Below, piece after piece: positions 57,251 through 64,000 of a stretch of 64,000 bases of DNA (the stretch's first letter is position 1; each line of letters starts with the position of its first letter). The DNA is from a virus (lineage: Duplodnaviria; Caudoviricetes): positions 30,717 through 94,716 of the IMG/VR virus record IMGVR_UViG_2675903066_000001. The stretch is one strand, 5' to 3'. Under the pieces are notes generated by a model. That model worked only from the letters and a program-made list of their open reading frames with translations. It was not told where the DNA came from and did no database searches. The position numbers and the translations under genes were made by a program.

Positions 57251-57696
57251 GACCAGTTCTCCACGGCCTGCCGCATCACTTCGGCGGTGAACTCCGCGTA
57301 CTCGACCGGGCCCCAGACTGAGCCGTACGCGATCCCGCCGAAGATCCACAGGACGGAGCAGGCCACGAAGGTCGGCATGTCCGGCTTGGCGTCCTTGGCG
57401 ATGTCCTTGACGACGGCGCCGGCGAGGAACGAGAACGCGGCGGCGAGCAGGAACAGCACCACGGACCCGAAGAGGGTCGCCATCGAACCGCGCGCGGCCA
57501 TTTCCACGAGCCACGCGCCGAAGTTCACGAACAGGTACCCGGTGGGCAGCAGGAACATGCTGGCCGAGAACACCAGCAGCAGGAGCACCGCGAGCACGCC
57601 GAGCGGTTTGCCGGGCAGCTTGTCCTTCTTGCGGATGCCCGCGAAGACCCAGCCGAGGCCGAAGGAGAATCCGCCGCCGAGAACGAGACCGATCAT
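57247..57696 (-). CDS. Multi-TM membrane protein (Spd-like)
   Basis: About four hydrophobic helices in the transfer operon. Confidence 0.65.
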   Translation of the reverse strand: MIGLVLGGGFSFGLGWVFAGIRKKDKLPGKPLGVLAVLLLLVFSASMFLLPTGYLFVNFGAWLVEMAARGSMATLFGSVVLFLLAAAFSFLAGAVVKDIAKDAKPDMPTFVACSVLWIFGGIAYGSVWGPVEYAEFTAEVMRQAVENWS

Positions 57697-57709
57697 GAGG
57701 GGTGGCCTT

Positions 57710-58264
57710 TCAGATGAGGGACAGCAGGATGGGCAGCAGGATGGGCAGGGAGATCATCAGCAGGTAGAACCCGGCCGTGATCGGGCCCCAGAACTTCAGG
57801 CCCGGCCAGCAGACGGCGGACCAGAAAGCGACCCACGCGCGGGGGAAACCGGACAGGGTCTTCAGTCGCGGCAGCTGCGCGCGGCACAGGCCGGGGAGGC
57901 CTTCCTCGCGGAACTTCGTCAGGCGGCGGCGGTAGTCGCCCGCGCCGAGGAACGCGATCGAGGTGCACCCGAAGCACCAGGCGACGGCGAACCAGCCGTG
58001 CACGCGCGCGGGCAGGTCGAGGAGCTCGGCCTCCCACGGGACGTACTCGCGTTCCCGGTGGTAGGCGCGCACCGTGGCGACCGAGGGAAGTCGCGCCGTA
58101 CGCAGGCCAGGCATGCGCGCCCGGTCCTCCAGGACCTGGACCCACGAGGGCCTGCGCGCCGGCGAAGACGTCGGCGCGACCTCGGCTGCGGGGGCGACCT
58201 GCTCGGTCGGCTCCGTCTTCGACTGGTCGACGGGCAGGCCAGCAGGGGCGTTGTACTGGAACAT
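57710..58264 (-). CDS. Membrane protein in the transfer operon
   Basis: MFQYNAP start; TGATG coupling; hydrophobic C-terminus. Confidence 0.55.
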   Translation of the reverse strand: MFQYNAPAGLPVDQSKTEPTEQVAPAAEVAPTSSPARRPSWVQVLEDRARMPGLRTARLPSVATVRAYHREREYVPWEAELLDLPARVHGWFAVAWCFGCTSIAFLGAGDYRRRLTKFREEGLPGLCRAQLPRLKTLSGFPRAWVAFWSAVCWPGLKFWGPITAGFYLLMISLPILLPILLSLI

Positions 58265-58503
58265 CACTGGCCACCGCCCGCCTGTTTGTTGAGCGCCTCC
58301 GCGAACTGGCGGGTCTGCTCGGCCAGGTCGGTGCAGGCCTTTTGCGCCTGGCGCGGGTCGCGCTTGTACAGCTCGGCCAACTCCGACATGAGCCAGCACG
58401 CCGTCCGCCAGTACAGCCGCCACGGCGTGGCCGTCTCCCGGGCCGCGGCCGCGATGTTCGCGACGTGCTCGGCGCGCCGGTTCGCGGCGCGATTCGACAC
58501 CAT
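58264..58503 (-). CDS. Hypothetical protein
   Basis: GGAGG RBS. Confidence 0.55.
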   Translation of the reverse strand: MVSNRAANRRAEHVANIAAAARETATPWRLYWRTACWLMSELAELYKRDPRQAQKACTDLAEQTRQFAEALNKQAGGGQ

Positions 58504-58652
58504 CTGTCCTCCGCTACGGTGCGTGATTCGTGTTACGGTGGCCTCGCGCGCGCAACGCGCAACGCGCAACGCGCCCGCGCGTTGGGCCCCCCGCACACCC
58601 GGCCTTGACCTGGTCTGCAGCGTTACGAGCCCACGAGCGCGATCACGGACAG

Positions 58653-59039
58653 TCACAGCGAACCCCCGGCGCACTCCCTCGCGAACGCGTCCCAATCCGG
58701 CTCGTGAGCGATCTCCGGCAGGGTGTCCAGGTGGCTCGCGAGCACCGAGCGAGGAACCCGCAGCGCGACCGGCTCTGCCCCCGGCACCCGGACGTCCCAC
58801 CGGATGGACTCCTCGTCCATCGGCCACGCGGACAGCGCCGCGCACTCCGCGCGCCCGACCCGGCCCGCGGCGAGCACGTCCAGCGGGACGTCGACGCCGG
58901 CGCCGCCCTCGACGGAGAGGCGGACGTGGTACGGGCTGTCGGCGCGGAACTCCAGCTCGGTCATGACGATCGCCGCGGCGTCGTCGGCGAGGTGGTCCCA
59001 GGCCGGGATCGGCATGTATTGGGCGGCGGCCGCGGTCAC
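58653..59039 (-). CDS. Divergent SsgA-like (SALP) protein
   Basis: ELEFRADSPYHVRL...DVL.AG........WP...P.....LRVP...L..HL resembles the SsgA pattern Y..DPYAV...RDLL.EG...VWP. Confidence 0.55.
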   Translation of the reverse strand: MTAAAAQYMPIPAWDHLADDAAAIVMTELEFRADSPYHVRLSVEGGAGVDVPLDVLAAGRVGRAECAALSAWPMDEESIRWDVRVPGAEPVALRVPRSVLASHLDTLPEIAHEPDWDAFARECAGGSL

Positions 59040-60541
59040 TCTGCATCTCCTGTCGTGGCGGTCTGCATGGTCCGGACGAGCGGCTGCTCGGCGGCTACGT
59101 CTGGTCCGGTGCTTGGTCCGGTCGTGCGGCCCCCGCGGGCGGCGCGCTGGACCGGTTTGCCCGGCCCGGAGAGAACCCGGACCAACTCGTTCGCGACGTC
59201 GGTCGAGGCGGAATGGCCCTCAGCGCGTAGCGCGTCCTGCAGACTGCGGCGGGTCAGCCGGACGCCCTCGCGCCGGAGCCGCGCAGCGATCCGCTTACCT
59301 TGCGGGAGCAGCGCGTTCACCCGATCCGCTGGTCCGGTCGAACCGGTCCCGGCGGGCCGCTTGCTGGTCCGGTTGGTCCGGTCATGCCGACCCGGGCCCG
59401 GCGCGTCGGCCGGAAGCGTTTGGTCCGAATGGTCCCCTGCGGCGACCGGACCAACAGCGCGCCTTCGAGCCCGCCTCTTGGTCCGGATCGGCAGCCGGTA
59501 TCGGTCCCGGATCCGGGTCCGGAATCGCGGCCGCGGTGCGGTCTCCCCCACCTGCTTTTGGTCCGGTTGGTCAGCGGGCACAGGCGGCGTCTGGTCCGCC
59601 TCGACAGCCGGACCAAGCGGCGGCCGGTAGCGCGGCACCAGGCCGACGCCGACCTCGTTCACGAACACCGCGATGTCGTGCACCGCCTCGGCCGCCCGCG
59701 GGTCGGGTCCGTGAATTTCCTCCGCGAGCGCCGCCATCCGAGTCAATGTCAGCTGCAGCTGCGAGCGCTGCGCCTCGATGACCGCGCGCTGGGCCTCGAC
59801 CATCGACTTCCACGTCTTCTTCACGCGGCGGCGCTGGCGAACTACCTGCACCGCGATGCTCGGAGACTGGACACCCTCGCCGACCGCCCACCGAAACGCC
59901 TTGAACGTCTCAGGCAGGTGCAGCAGCCAACGCATCGGCGAGAACTTCGGCGCTCTCGGGTCGATGAGGCCCTTTTCGCGCAGGTCCTTGCGGTGCAGGT
60001 GACGCGAGTGCATCGACCACAGCCACGGGGACGCGAGCGAGCACGCCGCGAACAGCTCCGGGTAGTCCTCCACGTGCGTGTACGACAGGTACCCCGCGCC
60101 CGCGCCGACCAGATACGAAAGCATCCGGGTCGTCCAGGCGGCGTCACCTTCCCGAAGAGCGACGTGCGCGTGCCAGGACACGTACACCGCGACCGACTCG
60201 ACGATCGCGGCCGCGAGTATGGCCCACAGCGGGGGAAGACCACGCGCCATGAAGGCCATCGCCTGGCCGGAGACGGCGACGCCGTTGACGCCGATGTTCG
60301 TCACCGACATGACGGCCATGTGGCCGGCTGTCTTTGCGCGGGTCTTCCATTGCTCGACCGAGCGGCGGCGGCGCTTCTCTCGATCGGTACGGGCGGACTC
60401 GTCTCGTGCTCGGGCTTCCTCTTCGGACGCCCGAGCGTCCTCGCGCCGGGCCTCTTCGGACAGGCGGCGGCGCTCGATCCGGAGGCGCTCGGCTTCGAGA
60501 GCGTCCCTTTCCTTCCGGGGATCGGGCCTACGCAGGAACAT
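59036..60541 (-). CDS. DUF2637/SpdB-like spread protein
   Basis: Coiled coil, TM helices, PKFSPMRWLLH..ET..A motif, Pro/Arg-rich tail; GGGAG RBS before ATG 60541. Confidence 0.7.
   Translation of the reverse strand: MFLRRPDPRKERDALEAERLRIERRRLSEEARREDARASEEEARARDESARTDREKRRRRSVEQWKTRAKTAGHMAVMSVTNIGVNGVAVSGQAMAFMARGLPPLWAILAAAIVESVAVYVSWHAHVALREGDAAWTTRMLSYLVGAGAGYLSYTHVEDYPELFAACSLASPWLWSMHSRHLHRKDLREKGLIDPRAPKFSPMRWLLHLPETFKAFRWAVGEGVQSPSIAVQVVRQRRRVKKTWKSMVEAQRAVIEAQRSQLQLTLTRMAALAEEIHGPDPRAAEAVHDIAVFVNEVGVGLVPRYRPPLGPAVEADQTPPVPADQPDQKQVGETAPRPRFRTRIRDRYRLPIRTKRRARRRAVGPVAAGDHSDQTLPADAPGPGRHDRTNRTSKRPAGTGSTGPADRVNALLPQGKRIAARLRREGVRLTRRSLQDALRAEGHSASTDVANELVRVLSGPGKPVQRAARGGRTTGPSTGPDVAAEQPLVRTMQTATTGDAE
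59068..59615. repeat. Cluster of 8-bp TGGTCCGG repeats (candidate clt/TRS)
   Basis: Eight direct copies (59068, 59102, 59114, 59330, 59365, 59374, 59479, 59559) and three inverted copies (59177, 59446, 59608), plus near matches. Confidence 0.75.
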
Positions 60542-60595
60542 CAGAACTCCCAATGTGGTGGCGGTACCGCTGGCGCTTTTTGCGAAGCTGCAGGG

Positions 60596-61042
60596 TCATT
60601 GAGTGGGGCGGCTGCAGGTCTCCGTATGCCCCATTGCGGCGGCCTTGCGCTGGGCCCGGTCGCCCCTGATGTCCGCCAGGACCTGCTTGACCTCCGGCGC
60701 GCGGGCGGGACCGGTGAGCCCGCCGCGTGCCCCGTGCAGGTCGTGGATCGAGCCGCCGTGGGTGTCGATGGCCAGTGCCTCCTCGAGTACGGCCAACCGC
60801 AGGCAGGCGCCGCGCGCCCGGCACGGCTTGCACAGGAGTCGGGCGCGACGCTGGGTCAGGCCCTGCGCGGTCCATGCGTCGCCGGCACTGCGCGAGCAGA
60901 TGCCGTCCTCGCCGACCTTGTCGGCGAGGCTGCGGACTTCGGCGCGGAGCAGGTGCTCCAACGGCGGGCGGGGGGCCGTGCGCTTGTCGGTCGTCTGGTC
61001 GGCGGCGGCTTCGGCGGATGCCGTGATGGTGCTCATCGTCAC
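60596..61042 (-). CDS. WhiB family Fe-S transcription factor
   Basis: C...CKPC.....C four-Cys pattern and GARGGLT turn motif. Confidence 0.75.
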   Translation of the reverse strand: MTMSTITASAEAAADQTTDKRTAPRPPLEHLLRAEVRSLADKVGEDGICSRSAGDAWTAQGLTQRRARLLCKPCRARGACLRLAVLEEALAIDTHGGSIHDLHGARGGLTGPARAPEVKQVLADIRGDRAQRKAAAMGHTETCSRPTQ

Positions 61043-61253
61043 CTGATTTCTGTCGGAAGGAGAGGGTGGGTGATGCGGGGCCCTGGGACTTGCTCATGGG
61101 CCGTCATCGCTGGTTGGGAAATTCGCGGCGGAAGGGCACCAGGTGCAGCGGTGGTTGCCCGCTAACCTGTTGGTAGGTTCATGGTAGGGCTACCAAACCC
61201 ATACCGCAACCCGTGTATCTCTGCCGTGCATCCCCGCCACTCCCAGGCGGATC

Positions 61254-61976
61254 ATGGATGCCTCTAAGGTGGAACCCGACCAAGGAGCACATGGAGACCG
61301 GATGCCGATGCCGCCCGCGAAGGCCGAGCGCATAGCTGACGTGCTCGCCCAAGCCATCAGGCGAGGCGACCACCCGCCAGGCAGCCGACTGCCCTCCGAA
61401 CGCGATCTGGCGAGCACTCACGGGGCGGACCGGTCCACCATCCGCAACGCCATCAGCCTGCTCGTCGACCAGGGCCTCGTCTCCCGCATTCCTCGGCAAG
61501 GCGTCAAAGTCTCTGACCCTGGCGTCCCCGTTCCCGTCAGAGAGCCGGCCAGAGCGGAATCCGAGATCGCTTGCGGACGGCCGCACGCTTGCCGCACGCT
61601 TGCCGGTATGACGGCATGGCTGACATCCCAGGACAGACTGACGGTCGTGCGGGTCGACGACATCGTGTCCGTGCAGATCGTCGTCCCGGGCGAGGCCGAT
61701 GAGCGCCTGCACCCGACGAAGCGCCTGGATCGCGCCGAGGAGGCGCGGATCGTGGTCGGTAGCAGCTCCGGCGTCACGATGTGCGCGGCGACGTGCCCCG
61801 GCCGAGATGCGCTGTGGGCCTGGTCCGAGCTGATGGCCGTGGTGTCCTCGCTGATGCAGCCGACTTCGGAACACAGGGAGATGTACGTGCATGCGCCTGC
61901 GTCGTGGCCACGCCGGAGGCCGGAGCGGTTGTGGCAGGTTTCGTCGAAGATGCCCGAGCCCGAACTGGTCCACTAG
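61254..61976 (+). CDS. GntR wHTH regulator with atypical C-terminal domain (Kor/TraR-like)
   Basis: PGSRLPSERDLA...RSTIRNAI..L..QGLV; divergent from the transfer operon. Confidence 0.8.
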   Translation: MDASKVEPDQGAHGDRMPMPPAKAERIADVLAQAIRRGDHPPGSRLPSERDLASTHGADRSTIRNAISLLVDQGLVSRIPRQGVKVSDPGVPVPVREPARAESEIACGRPHACRTLAGMTAWLTSQDRLTVVRVDDIVSVQIVVPGEADERLHPTKRLDRAEEARIVVGSSSGVTMCAATCPGRDALWAWSELMAVVSSLMQPTSEHREMYVHAPASWPRRRPERLWQVSSKMPEPELVH

Positions 61977-61981
61977 TAGCC

Positions 61982-62005
61982 CCACCGTTCCCTAGGGAAC
62001 GGTGG
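61982..62005. promoter_or_regulatory. Perfect 24-bp palindrome upstream of the GntR/UTRA gene
   Basis: CCACCGTTCCCTAGGGAACGGTGG. Confidence 0.7.
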
Positions 62006-62017
62006 TACGGTACTTGC

Positions 62018-62752
62018 ATGTCCCGCTTCGCCGAGATCGCCGACGACATCAAGGGAAAGATCAAGAGCGGACAATACCGCCCCGGACTACCCCTCCCCCA
62101 CCAGGATCTCCTCGCGCTTGAATACGGCGCCTCAAATCAGACGATCTACCACGCCATCCAGGTCCTGAAGGCCGAGCAGCTCGTCATCCGCAGCGTCACT
62201 CAAGGGATGATCGTGCAGCCGCCGCCCATTGTCGTGGACCTCGTCCTGCACGGCCCCCACGGCAACGGCCCGCTCCCCTGGGCCGCGTGCTGCGAACGCT
62301 CCGGCGCCGAGGGCAAGATGATCACCGGGAAGGTAGACACCGTCGAACCCTCCCCCGACGTCGCCGACCTCCTCAAGCTCGACAGCGGCGACAAGGTGGT
62401 CATCCGCAACCGCCAAGCCACCATCAGCGACAACGTGGCCCGCCTCGACCAGGCGGTCTACCCTCACAGCGCCGTGGCCGACACCCCAATCGCCAAGCGC
62501 GACCAAGTCCCCGGCGGCATCTACCGCGCCCTGACCGACGCCGGCCTGGAGCCGTACTCGATCGTGCGGCGCGTCATCGGCGCCCGCATGGCCACCAACG
62601 AGGAAGCGAAAGCGCTGAAGGTCGTGAAGCGCTCCCTAGTCCTCACCTACGACCAGGTGATCGCCACCCGCGAAGGCCAGCTCGTCGAGCTGCTGCGGTT
62701 CGTCGCGAACCCCACCCGCATCAGGTTCGTAGACGAGGACATGTCGCTGTAG
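62018..62752 (+). CDS. GntR/HutC family regulator with UTRA domain (KorSA-like)
   Basis: N-terminal wHTH and UTRA motifs (VADLL....V..R.R; AR.AT.EEA..L). Confidence 0.85.
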   Translation: MSRFAEIADDIKGKIKSGQYRPGLPLPHQDLLALEYGASNQTIYHAIQVLKAEQLVIRSVTQGMIVQPPPIVVDLVLHGPHGNGPLPWAACCERSGAEGKMITGKVDTVEPSPDVADLLKLDSGDKVVIRNRQATISDNVARLDQAVYPHSAVADTPIAKRDQVPGGIYRALTDAGLEPYSIVRRVIGARMATNEEAKALKVVKRSLVLTYDQVIATREGQLVELLRFVANPTRIRFVDEDMSL

Positions 62753-62869
62753 AGACGCCGGACAGCGGGACAGCAGCAATACGGCGGATTCGTGCGCCTC
62801 GAGCACCTCAGCCGTGTACAAAGGGTTCCGGCGTTTCCAAGGGATCCGGTCATCTTTTAGAGGAGAAAG

Positions 62870-63061
62870 ATGACGATGAAGATCCTGGTGATCGTTATTG
62901 TGCTGCTTACGGCCACCATCGCGGCGCTCATCACGGGCATCCTGACCAGGTGGAACGAGGCATCGGCAACGACAGCGATCATCGCAGGTGGGACCGCGTT
63001 CGCCGGGACCACCTATCTGGGGCTGGAGATCCTCTCGAAGCTAGGAATCCTTCCTTCTTAG
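62870..63061 (+). CDS. Small membrane protein
   Basis: AGGAG RBS; two hydrophobic helices. Confidence 0.6.
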   Translation: MTMKILVIVIVLLTATIAALITGILTRWNEASATTAIIAGGTAFAGTTYLGLEILSKLGILPS

Positions 63062-63209
63062 GGATCGCCGCCCGGCCCGGACGGCCACAGTGGGCTCAGC
63101 TGTTGCCCACTGTGGCCAGGCCCGCGAGCCGCCGGTTACGGCAGAAACGGGCCACGCGTCGTACCTCTGGCTCTAGCTGCGAGGCTGAACTTGGGCCAGA
63201 GTGGAGGCC

Positions 63210-64000
63210 GTGAAGCCTGTTCCGACGGTGATGACTGTGATCGGCGCGGCGCTGGTGGCGGGGATCGTCTGGGTGCTGGGCCCGGGGGCGCGCTGGGTAC
63301 TGGAGCACATCGACGGAGTCGCGATCGGCGAGCCGTCAGGTCTGGTCGGAAGAGATCTGGCGGCAGCCCTAGATGCGGTCCGCGGCCGGGTACTCGCCGT
63401 GGCGACCGGGCTGGCCGCGCTGGTCGCCGTCTACTACACCGCGCGTAACGCCGACACTGCCCGGCGCACCTTCCAACTCGGCGAGCGCGGCCACGTGACC
63501 GACCGCTACGGCAAGGCCGTAGAGCAGCTCGGCAGTGCCGAGGCCCCGGTCCGTTTAGGTGGCCTGTACGCCCTGGAGCAGCTCGCCCAGGACAACCCCG
63601 ACCCGCATTTCCGGCAGACCATCGTGGACGTGATCTGCGCATACCTGCGCATGCCATATACCCCGCCCCCGGCCGCCCAGATCACGGACGAGCCTGCCGT
63701 GCCGCGCCCTACTGAGGATGGCGTCGCCGCGCCAACGGGTCGAGATCCATTCGAGGAGCGCCAGGTCCGGCTGACCGCCCAGCGCATCCTCGCCGCACAC
63801 CTGCGCTACCGGGACCAGCCCACCCGCCGCTGGTGGCGATTCCGCAGCGGTAACCTCAACGCCCGCCACTGGCCGGACATCCGCCTCGACCTCACCGGCG
63901 CCGCCCTAATCGACTTTAGCCTGGCCAACTGCCGCGTCAGCGAGGCCGCGTTCGTCGAGGCGACCTTCACCGGCCGCGCCTGGTTCGACCGGACGACCTT
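63210..64000 (+). CDS. Membrane-anchored pentapeptide-repeat protein (truncated by window end)
   Basis: Translated by hand: VTDRYGKAVEQLG...VRLGGLYALEQLA...ICAYLR...LDLTGAAL..F...ATF; start approximate. Confidence 0.8.
   Translation, partial: MKPVPTVMTVIGAALVAGIVWVLGPGARWVLEHIDGVAIGEPSGLVGRDLAAALDAVRGRVLAVATGLAALVAVYYTARNADTARRTFQLGERGHVTDRYGKAVEQLGSAEAPVRLGGLYALEQLAQDNPDPHFRQTIVDVICAYLRMPYTPPPAAQITDEPAVPRPTEDGVAAPTGRDPFEERQVRLTAQRILAAHLRYRDQPTRRWWRFRSGNLNARHWPDIRLDLTGAALIDFSLANCRVSEAAFVEATFTGRAWFDRTT

Larger units (their letters stand above)
1880..60579. repeat. Dispersed 19-bp motif, consensus GCGGTACCGCTKGCGCTWT (13 copies)
   Basis: Copies start at 1880, 12708, 13870, 18439, 25553, 33189, 40915, 41409, 45752, 50034, 50742 and 60561; one copy lies in the reverse orientation at 33499. 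Confidence 0.9.
1..62752. mobile_element. Phage-plasmid with conjugative transfer module; boundaries not visible
   Basis: Terminase, recombination and repressor genes occur together with Rep, ParA, a resolvase with dif-like site, and TraB; one shared motif spans all modules. Confidence 0.75.

Noticed and set aside
56264-58966. 900-aa plus-strand ORF and similar long ORFs (41379-43706, 59300-61165, 1448-2995, 21898-23283)
   Set aside because: Antisense shadows of well-supported minus-strand genes in high-GC DNA; no recognisable motifs
59068-59615. Possible CRISPR array
   Set aside because: Repeats are only 8 bp, irregularly spaced and in both orientations; no cas genes in the window
62870-64000. 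Right boundary of the element, or a Qnr-type resistance gene
   Set aside because: No boundary signature is visible; the pentapeptide protein is the membrane-anchored actinomycete type and is truncated, so no function can be assigned
1-64000. tRNA or rRNA genes
   Set aside because: None recognised by eye; a tRNAscan/Infernal run would be needed to exclude them

Overview
This high-GC window appears to come from a single large mobile element of a filamentous actinomycete. The host is inferred from the WhiB-, SsgA- and TraB-like genes; the genus cannot be determined. The element combines three modules. The first is tailed-phage genes: terminase large and small subunits at the left edge, a phage-type replication initiator, HNH, RuvC-like resolvase, a RecE/RecT-like pair and an XRE-like repressor. 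The second is plasmid maintenance: a plasmid-type Rep, ParA with a partner, a tyrosine recombinase with a dif-like site, a PIN-type TA pair and HU. The third is an actinomycete conjugation module: FtsK-like TraB, Spd-like membrane proteins, GntR/Kor-type regulators and clt-like 8-bp repeats. The best reading is a conjugative phage-plasmid. It also carries three DNA methyltransferases, a TGT/DpdA-like protein and an ArdC-like protein. The strongest unexplained signals are: a 19-bp motif found 13 times and oriented with transcription; a protein with four tandem RHH domains; single-chain double and triple GntR wHTH proteins; a candidate secreted-peptide/LuxR signalling cassette beside the repressor; and a structured 200-bp element closed by 32-bp inverted repeats. 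All product calls come from reading motifs by eye; no database searches were run.
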